64,000 bases of DNA from Patescibacteria group bacterium. GTDB taxonomy: Bacteria > Patescibacteriota > Patescibacteriia > Magasanikbacterales > GWA2-37-8. Location: positions 6,163-70,162 of the forward strand of contig JBAZKA010000002.1 in assembly GCA_041651015.1 (NCBI GenBank). Reading direction: 5' to 3'. Under the pieces are notes generated by a model. It was not told where the DNA came from. It did not search any database and worked only from the letters and a program-made list of their open reading frames with translations. A program made the translations under genes and the position numbers. Below are positions 28,971-39,593 of this stretch, piece by piece; the first letter of the stretch is position 1, and the number at the start of each line of letters is the position of its first letter.

Positions 28971-29976
28971 AAGTATATAAATTTAAACAGGAGTTCGGGC
29001 ACGCCAATGCATGGGCGTCCTCTAAAAACGCTCTGGCCGTCATATAATCCAGCCGGCGTCTCCGCTCGCCGTTCTTTTTATTTCCCTTGAACGGCGAAAG
29101 AAGCACATCTTTCGTCTTTTTCCTAAAATCATATAACATTTGGTTGCTGTATTCAATAATTTTATCAATCAGTTCACCGCGAGCGTCAACCTCTATTACC
29201 GTTATCAATCTTGAGCTTTGTTTTATATCTGACAAATCATAGTCTATCTCGTCGGGCCGCATAAATGAAATCGGTTTTTTCGGATTTGTTGTATCCACGG
29301 CGCGTAACGCAATCTGGCCGGTAGGCACGTTGAATTTCATACAAAAATTTCTTTGCGGTATGCGACGCATCCTTTCAAAATAACCCAATTTGCCAAGAAA
29401 TTCATCATTTTTATAAACGTTAATTTCATCGTATGTCTTATTTCTCCGATCAAAACAAATCACGCAAATAGGATTCTCGGTGTCGTTAAATAATTGATCT
29501 TCAATAATTGTAATACTGACGAGTCGATGTTTCGGAAAACTCGAATTGATAAAAGTTTCCGGTATTATCATTACACCGAAATCGCTTGATAAACATTTCT
29601 CAATAGCCAATTGATAAATATCATCAAACTTACAGACTTCAAAATATTTTTTTACATTTTCATATATTCCTTTTCTTTTGGCGCTATAATTCGTCAAATA
29701 TGGAGGGTTGGTAATAATGACCGATTTATCAATCCTTGGAATATCCAAAAGACTATCGTTAATTTTCCAATTCAAACTTCTATCAATATCTAATCCTTTT
29801 GTTTTTTTAAAGCCAATCTTTTTAGCAACATCCAATAAATCTCCGCCTCCGGCAAAAGGATCGTACGCGACTTCCGCGCCGGTGGACTTTATAAAATCCA
29901 AAACATGGTCAGTCAGCCAAAAATTATTTATAGTAAAAAATTGCCCAAGACTTTGTTTTTTGATAATGGCATTCAT
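28957..29976 (-). CDS. amino-DNA methyltransferase (probably N6-adenine)
   Basis: LGQFFT, YDPFAGGGDL and ITNPPY in gamma-like order. Confidence 0.82.
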   Translation of the reverse strand: MNAIIKKQSLGQFFTINNFWLTDHVLDFIKSTGAEVAYDPFAGGGDLLDVAKKIGFKKTKGLDIDRSLNWKINDSLLDIPRIDKSVIITNPPYLTNYSAKRKGIYENVKKYFEVCKFDDIYQLAIEKCLSSDFGVMIIPETFINSSFPKHRLVSITIIEDQLFNDTENPICVICFDRRNKTYDEINVYKNDEFLGKLGYFERMRRIPQRNFCMKFNVPTGQIALRAVDTTNPKKPISFMRPDEIDYDLSDIKQSSRLITVIEVDARGELIDKIIEYSNQMLYDFRKKTKDVLLSPFKGNKKNGERRRRLDYMTARAFLEDAHALACPNSCLNLYTYEKN

Positions 29977-30032
29977 AAATACATTATAGCCGATGTGGAA
30001 TAAAAAATACAGTTTACAAAAACTTCAAAAAG

Positions 30033-30092
30033 GAGTTATCCACAGTTGATACACACAAACCCCCTATTACATCTATATATAGGACAAAAAAA
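30033..30092 (+). repeat. ~59-bp direct repeat, right copy
   Basis: See 27858-27916. Confidence 0.85.
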
Positions 30093-30133
30093 CGGGCGGC
30101 CTATAACAGGCGGCCCGCTGAGGTACTACTTGC

Positions 30134-30763
30134 TCACGAAGAGAAAGGCGCGGGGTAATCCCCGCCAGCCAAGCTGCGAGGCGCTTCCAAAGACGTTTCT
30201 GCGTCATCTTCATCGTCGGACTGGCGCATCAATTCCTGTACCCTCTGATAAAAGACCTCTTCATCGGGGATTTTGTCCGAGAAATTTTCCCTCAAAGAAT
30301 CGACGATTTCGTGCAATGCTTTGCGAGTGGCAAGACGAGTCATGTGGGTGTATGTCAACCCAACACGCTCATCCGACCCGGGCGCAGTCGTTCTAAGTTG
30401 TTCAAACAGCTCTTGCAACTCGGCAAACGATGTATGGTGTTCATTTTCCCACCACTTGAAAATGAGGTCTTTGGCCCTGATGATTTGCACGCTTGATGCG
30501 AAGGATACACCAAAAGGAAACAGAAGACTGATACCAAGCACAACGGAAAACGACAATAAAATCCACTTAGTGATAATATTTGAAAAAATGTAATGGATAC
30601 CGAACGCTATCAATGCCAATAAAAATATCACCCCCAGCACGGAGATGAATTTGTTTAATACGGGCTTCGGCCACGCTCCGGCGCGGTCGATCTTTTCATC
30701 GGCTTCAGCTTTTTTCGCGGCCAATTGATGGTAGGCTACCATCTCGCGCATTTTTTCACTCAT
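30134..30763 (-). CDS. hypothetical membrane protein
   Basis: GAGGGG RBS, two TM segments, terminator-like hairpin at ~30092-30119. Confidence 0.7.
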   Translation of the reverse strand: MSEKMREMVAYHQLAAKKAEADEKIDRAGAWPKPVLNKFISVLGVIFLLALIAFGIHYIFSNIITKWILLSFSVVLGISLLFPFGVSFASSVQIIRAKDLIFKWWENEHHTSFAELQELFEQLRTTAPGSDERVGLTYTHMTRLATRKALHEIVDSLRENFSDKIPDEEVFYQRVQELMRQSDDEDDAETSLEAPRSLAGGDYPAPFSS

Positions 30764-30895
30764 TTTTCCCCTCGTTTTTCTATGCCGTCAAACGGCATTT
30801 TGTTTTGAATGTGCGAACTCTCCAAATAACATAGCATAATTTTCCGCTCCGGTCAATAACGCATCCGTTGCGTACCAACTTAACTTGTCCACACC

Positions 30896-30924
30896 TTGAC
30901 ACAATCACGATACACAATTAAAAT
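30896..30924 (+). promoter_or_regulatory. sigma70 promoter
   Basis: TTGACA-17 nt-TAAAAT. Confidence 0.7.
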
Positions 30925-30930
30925 GTTTGT

Positions 30931-31140
30931 TAAGTAAACGAAAAATATTTTTCTCCAGCAAGCTGCGGTGGAGCTGATGTCTTAAGCCATTCAATTCTTG
31001 GAGACATCTCTCTCCTCCCTTCAACAATTTCTTTTAATTGTTATTGGGAGTCGTCCTCAAAATAGGATCGGACCTTAAATCATGCAGCTGCACTCGCAGC
31101 TTTTTGGAGAAAAGCCACCCGCCTCGCGCGGGTGTTTTTT
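30931..31140 (+). ncRNA. structured non-coding RNA (6S RNA candidate, unassigned)
   Basis: Promoter, long closing stem TTTTCTCCAGCAAGCTGCGGTGGAGCTG / CAGCTGCACTCGCAGCTTTTTGGAGAAAA, internal hairpins, terminator CACCCGC..GCGGGTG-T6; no ORF. Confidence 0.6.
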
Positions 31141-31217
31141 GTTCACAGTGCTTGGTTTGTTGCTTACCAAATAAAATGGTAAAATACAGCCGAACCTAAC
31201 CGGTGTAATTTTATATT

Positions 31218-33572
31218 ATGACCAGAACTTACAAACAAAGAAGCGCGCCGCATGACGAAGGAGGATTGGGCCCGAAAATTAGTCACGGCCTTTTATCCAT
31301 TTTACTTTTTGTCGTGGCCGGGCTCTCCACTTTGAGTTTTTTTGAAATGGCCGGCGTGGCGGGCAAATTCATTGATTCGTTACTCGCCATCACTTTTGGA
31401 CAAGTGCGCTATGTTTTTCCGGTAATACTTATTGTCATCGCCATACTCCTTATCAAGGACATGGAATATCATTACCGCTCCACACACATTTTGGGGGCAG
31501 TGATGTTTTTCTTGTCCTTTAATGGCATTGTCCACATTTATCAACCAGCCACGGAAATGGTTGACCAAGCCCTGCAAGGATACGGTGGCGGTTTAGTCGG
31601 GTTAATTCTCGGCTGGCCATTGGGAAATTACGTGGGCTTTTGGGGCGGGCTGATTATTTTAATCGGCGTACTTTTAATTTCTATAATATTTTTGTTTAAC
31701 ACTTCCCTCGCCGAACTGGTGGAGCTCAACAAAAAAGTTTTACTCGCCTTCGGTTGGATTGGCAAAAAAATTATTGACTTCTTTGGCACGTTCAAAACCG
31801 AAGAAAAATTACAGATGCGCATAGAGGGCGACTATGAGCCGGTCAAAAAATCCCAACCCGAGCCCGAAGAGGAAGAAGAGATTGAAGAAGAGCCGGAAGT
31901 CAAACCCGTGTTTGCCAAAAAAATTATTAAGGAGACAAAACCGACGGAAAAAGATGAACCCGAAGAAGAAACTATTGCTCGACCCACCACTTTGGACATC
32001 AATTACAAATGGCCGCCTTTGGAAATTTTATACAGTTCCAAAACCAAGCCGACTTCGGGCGACATCAACAGCAACGCCGCCATGATTCATGACACGCTAG
32101 CCAATTTTGGCATTGAGACCGAGATGGGCGAAATTCGCGTCGGCCCGACCGTCACGCAATATTCCCTCAAACCGGCCAAAGGCATCAAATTAACGCGTAT
32201 CACCGGCCTCTCTAATGACTTGGCGTTGGCTTTGGCCGCGCATCCGATCCGCATTGAAGCGCCTATTCCGGGCAAATCCCTCGTTGGCATTGAAGTGCCA
32301 AATGAAAAAGTGGCCATGGTGACACTGCGCGAACTTTTGGAATCACAAGAATACAAAACCAGAAAAAATAACGCCGCTATCGCGCTCGGCAAAGACGTGG
32401 CCGGCAAAGTTTGGTTTGCGGATTTACCAAAGATGCCACATTTACTTATCGCCGGTACGACCGGTTCGGGAAAAACTGTTTGTATCAACACAATTATTTT
32501 AAGTTTGCTTTATCAAAATTCTCCGGAGACTTTGCGCTTTATTATGGTAGACCCCAAGCGCGTAGAACTGACTTTGTACAACGGCATCCCGCATTTACTT
32601 ACGCCGGTTATCACTGACCCGGCCAAAACCGTGGCCGCGCTTAAATGGTGTATCAATGAAATGGAACGTCGCTTTGACACACTCGCTGCTATCGGTTGCC
32701 GCGACATACTTTCTTACAACGAAAAATCCAAAGACAAACTTCCTTACATTGTTTTCGTGATTGATGAACTCGCCGACCTCATGGCCATGGCCGCCTCAGA
32801 AGTGGAAGCGGGCATCATCCGCATCGCGCAAATGGCGCGCGCCGTGGGCATCCATCTGGTCGTCGCCACTCAGCGTCCGAGCGTGGAAGTTATCACCGGT
32901 CTGATGAAAGCCAACATTCCGGCGCGCATTGCTTTTTCCGTGGCTTCAATCATTGACTCGCGCACAATTTTGGATTGTCCGGGCGCGGAAAAATTACTCG
33001 GACGAGGCGACATGCTTTTCCTCACTTCTGACATGTCCAAACCCAAACGCATCCAGGGCGCTTTTGTGTCCGAAGAAGAAATGAAACGCGTAGTGGATTG
33101 CATCAAGGGCGACGAACCGCCGGTTTATGATGAGACGATAGTTTCCAAAACATCTTCAGCCGGAGGCACAATGAATATGTTTGGCGGTCCGAGCGATGAT
33201 CGCGATCAGCTTTTTGACGAGGCTAAAGCCACAGTTATTGAGTCGGGCAAGGCTTCTGCCTCACTCCTTCAACGCCGTATGAAAGTAGGCTATGCACGAG
33301 CTGCCCGATTGCTTGACGAATTAGAGGAAGCTGGTATAGTAGGACCGGCGGATGGAGCCAAACCGCGCGAGGTTTTCACCGAACATTTTATGGCTGATGC
33401 CGAGGAAGAAATGCCGGTTGAAGAAACCACTATGGACGCCGGCGGCACGGTGTTTGACGATAAAAATGATGAAGTTGATAAAGTTGATGAAAGTGATGAA
33501 CTTGATAAAAATCCGGACGAAAAAAATCCTGAAGAAATAACCAAAACGGATGAGCCGGAGCAGTACGCTTGA
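31218..33572 (+). CDS. ftsK: DNA translocase FtsK
   Basis: N-terminal TM domain, PHLLIAGTTGSGKT, IDELADLM and gamma domain LQRRMKVGYARAAR. Confidence 0.97.
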   Translation: MTRTYKQRSAPHDEGGLGPKISHGLLSILLFVVAGLSTLSFFEMAGVAGKFIDSLLAITFGQVRYVFPVILIVIAILLIKDMEYHYRSTHILGAVMFFLSFNGIVHIYQPATEMVDQALQGYGGGLVGLILGWPLGNYVGFWGGLIILIGVLLISIIFLFNTSLAELVELNKKVLLAFGWIGKKIIDFFGTFKTEEKLQMRIEGDYEPVKKSQPEPEEEEEIEEEPEVKPVFAKKIIKETKPTEKDEPEEETIARPTTLDINYKWPPLEILYSSKTKPTSGDINSNAAMIHDTLANFGIETEMGEIRVGPTVTQYSLKPAKGIKLTRITGLSNDLALALAAHPIRIEAPIPGKSLVGIEVPNEKVAMVTLRELLESQEYKTRKNNAAIALGKDVAGKVWFADLPKMPHLLIAGTTGSGKTVCINTIILSLLYQNSPETLRFIMVDPKRVELTLYNGIPHLLTPVITDPAKTVAALKWCINEMERRFDTLAAIGCRDILSYNEKSKDKLPYIVFVIDELADLMAMAASEVEAGIIRIAQMARAVGIHLVVATQRPSVEVITGLMKANIPARIAFSVASIIDSRTILDCPGAEKLLGRGDMLFLTSDMSKPKRIQGAFVSEEEMKRVVDCIKGDEPPVYDETIVSKTSSAGGTMNMFGGPSDDRDQLFDEAKATVIESGKASASLLQRRMKVGYARAARLLDELEEAGIVGPADGAKPREVFTEHFMADAEEEMPVEETTMDAGGTVFDDKNDEVDKVDESDELDKNPDEKNPEEITKTDEPEQYA

Positions 33573-33575
33573 CGT

Positions 33576-33613
33576 ATTCGTATAATTCGCATGCATTCGC
33601 ATATTTGTATCGC
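33576..33613 (-). repeat. 38-bp dispersed repeat, copy 2
   Basis: ATTCGTATAATTCGCATGCATTCGCATATTTGTATCGC, reverse-complement match to copy 1. Confidence 0.75.
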
Positions 33614-33616
33614 CTT

Positions 33617-34324
33617 ATGTCTGTTTTTAGTTCCAAAAAACTTTCAGACACAGAACCGCGTTTCGGCGCAAAATTGAGACAAGCGCGCGAAGTTTTTGGC
33701 GTTGATATGGCTACTGCCGGACGCGCGGTTGGAATTCCGGAAAAATATTTGTCCGCTCTGGAAAAAAATCGTTTCGCCGATTTGCCCAAAGCTAAAGTTT
33801 ATCGCTTAAGTTATGTCCGCGAATACGCGAAATTTTTACACCTGGATGAAAATCTAATGGCCGAACAATTTCTCAAAGAAAACGGTTTGAAGGGCGTGGG
33901 CGTGATTCACCCGAAAAAATTTCTACGCAATACTCCCCTGTTCTCCATTTCTATTTTTGCTAGAAATTTGTTGGTCGCGAGTTTTATCTTGCTTTTTGCC
34001 GGTTACCTATCATTCCAAGTCAAAAGAGTACTTGAACCGCCTAAGTTAACCGTGTATAATCCGGCCGAGGGTATTACGGTCACCGAGCAAAGTATTACCG
34101 TGCAGGGCGAGACTGAAAAAGAATGCCAGTTGGCTATCAATGGCCAGGAAATAATGCCTGATGAAAAAGGTAATTTCAATTTGACGATTGATTTGGCAAA
34201 CGGGCTCAATACCATTACTGTCACCGCAACCAAAAAACACGGCAAAATTTCCACAGTCACGCGCCATATTGTGGTCAAAAGCATTGGCAAAGGCGCGGGC
34301 AAAATCCTTACTTATTCAAATTAA
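33617..34324 (+). CDS. RodZ-like HTH membrane protein with C-terminal Ig-like domain
   Basis: GAKLRQARE...YLSALE...YVREYAKFLHL HTH, one TM, beta-rich tail. Confidence 0.8.
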   Translation: MSVFSSKKLSDTEPRFGAKLRQAREVFGVDMATAGRAVGIPEKYLSALEKNRFADLPKAKVYRLSYVREYAKFLHLDENLMAEQFLKENGLKGVGVIHPKKFLRNTPLFSISIFARNLLVASFILLFAGYLSFQVKRVLEPPKLTVYNPAEGITVTEQSITVQGETEKECQLAINGQEIMPDEKGNFNLTIDLANGLNTITVTATKKHGKISTVTRHIVVKSIGKGAGKILTYSN

Positions 34325-34328
34325 TTAC

Positions 34329-34416
34329 GCGATGCAAATATACAAATGCATTCGAATAATACTAATGTCGCGACAATGATTCGTATAATTAGTATGCATT
34401 CGTATATTGGCATCGC
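34329..34416. repeat. two inverted copies (3 and 4) of the 38-bp repeat upstream of recA
   Basis: 34329-34366 forward and 34379-34416 reverse. Confidence 0.75.
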
Positions 34417-34430
34417 ATTTATATTCGTAT

Positions 34431-35504
34431 ATGGCAAAACAAATCAGCGACGAAGTAAAGGAAAAATTAAAAGCGGCCGAAAGCGCGATTGAGCAAATCA
34501 AATCCCGTTTTGGCGAAGGTGCAATTATGAAATTGGGTGAAGCGAGAAAAATGCAAGTTGATGCGGTGCCAACAGGTTGTTTATCACTGGACATCGCTCT
34601 CGGTGTTGGCGGAGTACCGCGCGGACGCGTAATTGAAATTTATGGACCGGAAGCGTCTGGAAAAACCACTCTGGCCCAACACATCGTGGCCGAAGTGCAA
34701 AAACTCGGTGGCATTGCCGCGTTTGTTGATGCCGAGCACGCGCTAGACCCTGACTATGCCAAAAAAATCGGCGTGAAAGTTGACGAAATGTTAATTTCCC
34801 AACCTGATACCGGTGAACAAGCTTTGGAAATCGTAGACACGCTCGTGCGTTCCAATGCCGTGGATGTGGTAGTTGTGGACTCGGTGGCCGCGCTCGTGCC
34901 CAAAGCCGAAATTGAAGGTGACATGGGCGATTCTCACATGGGTTTGCAAGCGCGCCTGATGTCTCAAGCATTGCGCAAATTGACCGGCATAATTTCCAAA
35001 TCCAAAACTGTGGTCATTTTCATCAACCAAACCCGCATGAAAATCGGTGTGGTCTTTGGCAACCCGGAAACGACCACCGGTGGTATGGCTCTCAAATTTT
35101 ACTCTTCAGTCCGCATTGAAGTGCGCCGTTCAGCCCAAATTAAACAGGGCGATAAAATTATTGGCAACCGCGTCAAAGTTAAAATCGTCAAAAACAAAGT
35201 GGCCCCGCCGTTTACCACCACTGAATTTGATATTATGTACAACGAAGGCATCTCGGTTTCGGGCGATGCCTTGGATACGGCCGTCACCTATCATGTGGTG
35301 GACAAACGAGGTAACAGTTATATGTTTGGTGAAGAAAAATTAGGCGTGGGCCGTGAAACCGCCAAAGCATATTTGCGCGCCAATCCGAAATTGATTGATA
35401 AAATCAAAGCTCTGACTTTCAAAAAAGCCGAGGAAGGCGAACCAGAAGAGGGCGTGGGCGTGCAATCGGCAGACAACGAAGTTCCCCCGCCGAGTGAGGA
35501 ATAG
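34431..35504 (+). CDS. recA: recombinase A
   Basis: [27 protein letters not shown] and GNPETTTGG. Confidence 0.98.
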   Translation: MAKQISDEVKEKLKAAESAIEQIKSRFGEGAIMKLGEARKMQVDAVPTGCLSLDIALGVGGVPRGRVIEIYGPEASGKTTLAQHIVAEVQKLGGIAAFVDAEHALDPDYAKKIGVKVDEMLISQPDTGEQALEIVDTLVRSNAVDVVVVDSVAALVPKAEIEGDMGDSHMGLQARLMSQALRKLTGIISKSKTVVIFINQTRMKIGVVFGNPETTTGGMALKFYSSVRIEVRRSAQIKQGDKIIGNRVKVKIVKNKVAPPFTTTEFDIMYNEGISVSGDALDTAVTYHVVDKRGNSYMFGEEKLGVGRETAKAYLRANPKLIDKIKALTFKKAEEGEPEEGVGVQSADNEVPPPSEE

Positions 35505-35520
35505 GCCAGACAACGGTAAA

Positions 35521-35559
35521 CAAAACAAATACCCCGAATAGTTCGGGGTATTTGTTTTG
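35521..35559 (+). terminator. terminator after recA
   Basis: CAAAACAAATACCCCGAA tag TTCGGGGTATTTGTTTTG. Confidence 0.8.
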
Positions 35560-35653
35560 GGCTTTTTATTATTTTAATGTTTTGTGCTATAATACATCCG
35601 GATAAAAATATACTGGGCGCCGACTCGGTGTCCTTTTGCGCTAATCATAATAT

Positions 35654-37381
35654 ATGCTTCCAATTAAACTCTTGGAGGAGGTAGTGGAAAAATACGAATT
35701 GATAAAGGACGAAAAAAAATGGGCGGAAATTAAAAAGGAGGCGCAAACCAATAACAAAAACGTTGAGGAATTACTATTCGCGAATAATCTCGTGGATGAA
35801 ACGACCCTTTTTACCAAAGTGGCCGAACATTTAAATTTGCCATTTGTCACCTTAAAGGGACGCGAAATCAAGCACGAAGTCTTAAATCTAGTGCCCAACC
35901 CGCTCGCTCTCACCCACAACTTAGTCGCCTACGACAAAGACGAACAATATATTCGTTTGGCTATGACTGATCCGACCGATATTGAGTCGGCGGAATTTAT
36001 TCGGCGCAAAACAGGACTGGAGCCGACCATCGCCGTCACCTCGCCCACGGAAATGCGCGATGCTTTACATTTTTACAGTTCCAGTTTGGAAGAAGAATTC
36101 AAAGTTATCCAAGAGAGAACCGCCGAAGCCACATCAGGCGGCGACTTGAAAAAAGTAGCCGAAGAACTGCCGATTGTCAATGTGGTCAACAGTATTTTGG
36201 AACACGCCATTTACGAAGGCGCCTCGGACATTCATATTGAACCCAATGAACTGGATGTAAGCATCCGTTACCGTGTGGATGGAATTTTACGCGCCACCAT
36301 GTCATTGCCAAAAGCCTTGCAGAGCGGCATCACGGCCAGAATAAAAATCCTGGCCAATTTGCGCTTGGATGAACACATGATCCCGCAGGACGGCCGTTTT
36401 AAAATTGAAATTCAAAATGACAAAATCGCTTTTCGTGTTTCCATTATGCCGGTATATGATGGTGAAAAAATCGTGATGCGTTTGTTACCCGAAGGAGTGA
36501 AGTCCCTTACTTTGGACGAACTGGGATTTTCCGATCATGACAAAGAAATTATTTTACGCTCCATCAAAAAACCAAACGGCATGATTCTGGTCACTGGTCC
36601 GACCGGTTCGGGTAAAACCACTACCTTGTATTCGGTTTTAACTTTGCTCAACCAGCCGGGCGTAAACATCGGTACAATTGAAGATCCGATTGAGTACCGC
36701 GTCAAAGGCATCAACCAAAGCCAAATCAATCCCAAAGTCGGATTTACTTTTGCCTCGGGCTTGCGCGCTTTTTTGCGCCAAGATCCGAACATCATTATGG
36801 TAGGAGAAATCCGCGATGGCGAGACAGCTGAAATAGCTGTACACGCGGCCATGACCGGACACTTGGTACTATCTACTCTGCACACCAATGATGCGCCGAC
36901 AACCCTACCCCGTTTAATTGACATGAACGTGCCGGCATTCCTCGTCGCTTATACCGCCAATGTGATTGTCGCTCAGCGTCTCCTGCGCCGTATCTGCAAA
37001 AATTGCAAAAAAGAATACACAATTGACAAAGAATCGGTCAAAGAGTTGGGCAAGGCCTTTGGTGTGGAAAAAATTGTTTCATTGTTTGAAAATAACGGCG
37101 CCTTGAAAAAAGGCGAGAAAACACTTGAGGGCATGACTTTTTATAAGGGCGAGGGTTGCTCCAAGTGCAACCAAACCGGTTATAAAGGCCGTCTCGGTAT
37201 TTATGAGGTAATGGATATCAACGAACCAATTATTAAAGCGATCAACGAGCATGCCACGGCCGCGGATATCAAAGCGGCTGCCCAGAAAAACGGCATGATA
37301 TGTATGAGTGAAGATGGTTTGATAAAAGCAAAAAACGGTTTTACCACCATCAGTGAAGTTCTCCGCGTCACCAAAGAATAA
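35654..37381 (+). CDS. pilB: type IV pilus/T2SS assembly ATPase (PilB/GspE)
   Basis: ASDIHIEP, GPTGSGKTTT, LRQDPNIIMVGEIRD and Zn-binding CxxC pairs. Confidence 0.9.
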   Translation: MLPIKLLEEVVEKYELIKDEKKWAEIKKEAQTNNKNVEELLFANNLVDETTLFTKVAEHLNLPFVTLKGREIKHEVLNLVPNPLALTHNLVAYDKDEQYIRLAMTDPTDIESAEFIRRKTGLEPTIAVTSPTEMRDALHFYSSSLEEEFKVIQERTAEATSGGDLKKVAEELPIVNVVNSILEHAIYEGASDIHIEPNELDVSIRYRVDGILRATMSLPKALQSGITARIKILANLRLDEHMIPQDGRFKIEIQNDKIAFRVSIMPVYDGEKIVMRLLPEGVKSLTLDELGFSDHDKEIILRSIKKPNGMILVTGPTGSGKTTTLYSVLTLLNQPGVNIGTIEDPIEYRVKGINQSQINPKVGFTFASGLRAFLRQDPNIIMVGEIRDGETAEIAVHAAMTGHLVLSTLHTNDAPTTLPRLIDMNVPAFLVAYTANVIVAQRLLRRICKNCKKEYTIDKESVKELGKAFGVEKIVSLFENNGALKKGEKTLEGMTFYKGEGCSKCNQTGYKGRLGIYEVMDINEPIIKAINEHATAADIKAAAQKNGMICMSEDGLIKAKNGFTTISEVLRVTKE

Positions 37382-37383
37382 AT

Positions 37384-38487
37384 ATGCCGGAAAAAGAATC
37401 CCCACAAACACTTGCGGCGCGCGCAAACGCCTGGGTTGAACGCCATCTCGGGCGAGTTCCTTTTGTCCAAAAATTCATGTTCATCCACCACTTGGAAATC
37501 ATGTCCAAGGCCGGATTGTCCATTATTAACAGTTTGCAAGTTCTGGCGGCGGAAATTGAAAATAAAAAATTGAAACACATAGTCGGTGAAATTAAAGCTG
37601 AAGTGGAAACCGGCAAGCAACTTTCCGAGGTGCTAGCAAAATATCCCAATGTTTTCCCGCATATTTATGTCAACATGGTGGCGGCCGGTGAAATATCCGG
37701 AAAATTAGATGACGCCTTGGGGCAAATCAGCGACCAAATGCAAAAATCCCAACGCCTAAACGCTAAAGTTCGCGGCGCCATGATTTACCCGTGCGTAATT
37801 ATGGTGGCCATGGTTGGCATCGCTCTATTCGTAGTTTTTTATATCATGCCGAAAATCTTAGTCATGTTCACCGAGATGGACGCCAAGTTGCCGCTTGCCA
37901 CCAGAATTTTAATCGCCATCACTCACTTTGGCCAAAATTATTGGTGGGCGATCTTTATTGCAATTGCAGCCGCGATTTTTGGCTATTCAAGGGCATTGCG
38001 AATCCCCAAATTTAAACACACAATACACAATCTAATATTATCTTTACCTATTTTTGGCATTATTGTTATCAAAGTAAATTTGGCGCGATTTACCCTTACT
38101 CTCTCGTCTTTACTTTCCTCCACCATCCCGATCGTGGACGCGGTCCGAATTTCATCCGAGGTTTTAAATAATGTAGTTTACCGCGAGCAGTTGGCCGTTG
38201 CCACCGAGGGTCTGAAGCAGGGGCAGGCGCTTTCGCAAATTTTAAGTGCTTACAAAAAAACTTTTCCGCCCATGGTGACGGAAATGGTCATGGTCGGCGA
38301 GCAAACCGGACGTATTGAAAAAATGTTAAAGGAACTTTCCGAATATTACAATAATGAAGTGGAAGAAACAATGAACAATTTTACTGCCATCATTGAACCG
38401 GTAATTATTCTGATGCTCGGCGTGGGCACGGCCGGCATCGCCATTGCTGTAATCATGCCAATGTATTCATTGGCTCAAAGCGTTTAA
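37384..38487 (+). CDS. pilC: type IV pilus inner-membrane platform protein (PilC/GspF)
   Basis: AGEISGKLD, AMIYP, GEQTG and IEP motifs. Confidence 0.9.
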   Translation: MPEKESPQTLAARANAWVERHLGRVPFVQKFMFIHHLEIMSKAGLSIINSLQVLAAEIENKKLKHIVGEIKAEVETGKQLSEVLAKYPNVFPHIYVNMVAAGEISGKLDDALGQISDQMQKSQRLNAKVRGAMIYPCVIMVAMVGIALFVVFYIMPKILVMFTEMDAKLPLATRILIAITHFGQNYWWAIFIAIAAAIFGYSRALRIPKFKHTIHNLILSLPIFGIIVIKVNLARFTLTLSSLLSSTIPIVDAVRISSEVLNNVVYREQLAVATEGLKQGQALSQILSAYKKTFPPMVTEMVMVGEQTGRIEKMLKELSEYYNNEVEETMNNFTAIIEPVIILMLGVGTAGIAIAVIMPMYSLAQSV

Positions 38488-38492
38488 TCGTT

Positions 38493-39593
38493 ATGTTGAT
38501 CAACAACCCATTCAACGGCGCGTTCGGACTGGACATCGGCGATACAACGGTGAAACTTTTGCGTCTAAAAAAATACTGGCGTCCGAAACATGGAATATAT
38601 TTTGACATCAAAGATATTCGGCAAATCAATTTACCGGCCGGCTGTATTGAATCCGGTGAGATTTTGCAACCGGAACTGGTAAAGGAAAAATTAAAAGTAT
38701 TGCTTGGCAAACATGGTCGTTCACCGGCCGTCAAGGCCCCCTGGGTGGTGGTAAATTTACCCGTAGCCAAATCGTTTTTAAAGCTAATCCGCATCAACGC
38801 GTCAGAAGAGGAAATCAATGACCAAGCGGTCCGATTTGAAGCCTCCAAACATTTGCCCATGGATATGAAAGACATGGACGTCGACTGGCAAATTATCAAA
38901 AACGGCGACAACGCTGCCGGAGTCACTTCCATTTTAGTTGGGGCCGCGCCCAAGGCCATAACCAATTCATATTGCGAACTACTTGAATCAATCGGGTTGG
39001 CTCCGCTAGCGCTGGAAGTGGAAGATTTATCGGTCGCTCGTTCCCTTATCACTGCCAATAAGACATACGAAAACGAAGCCAGAGCCATTTTAGATCTCGG
39101 CGGCTCGCAATCCAGCATGATTATATATGATAAGGGCAGTATTCAATTTAGCGCGCTTATTCCTTTTTCCGGCGATTTGATTGACACGGCTCTAACACAA
39201 AGATTAAACATAGAACGCGTCAAAGCAACTCAGCTTAAAAATGACAATGGTTTAAACTTCGTTAACGAGTATCCGGACTATTTAAAAGTCATGACCGAGA
39301 TGTCGGAAAAATTAGTGGAAAATATTTATCAAAAAATTCTTTTCTATCGCGACCATTTTTACAAACCAAACCCCATTACGCATATCACTATGTCCGGCGG
39401 TTTGTCATCCATGACAAATCTGGATAAATTTTTGACTGATAAACTGCAAACCGAAACCCGTCCGGGCAATGTTTGGAAAAATCTTTTTAATGACAACCTT
39501 GGGGAGGACCGCAACTCGGGGTTATCGCTCGCCGCGGCAATAGGCCTGGCGATTCGCGCCGCCTCTTGGCCGATTGAAAAACAAAAATTATGA
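38493..39593 (+). CDS. pilM: type IV pilus assembly protein PilM
   Basis: FGLDIG, LDLGG, SGG and AIGLA actin-like fold motifs. Confidence 0.85.
   Translation: MLINNPFNGAFGLDIGDTTVKLLRLKKYWRPKHGIYFDIKDIRQINLPAGCIESGEILQPELVKEKLKVLLGKHGRSPAVKAPWVVVNLPVAKSFLKLIRINASEEEINDQAVRFEASKHLPMDMKDMDVDWQIIKNGDNAAGVTSILVGAAPKAITNSYCELLESIGLAPLALEVEDLSVARSLITANKTYENEARAILDLGGSQSSMIIYDKGSIQFSALIPFSGDLIDTALTQRLNIERVKATQLKNDNGLNFVNEYPDYLKVMTEMSEKLVENIYQKILFYRDHFYKPNPITHITMSGGLSSMTNLDKFLTDKLQTETRPGNVWKNLFNDNLGEDRNSGLSLAAAIGLAIRAASWPIEKQKL

Noticed and set aside
33460-33510. 9-bp tandem pattern in the ftsK 3' end
   Set aside because: Encodes an ordinary acidic disordered tail
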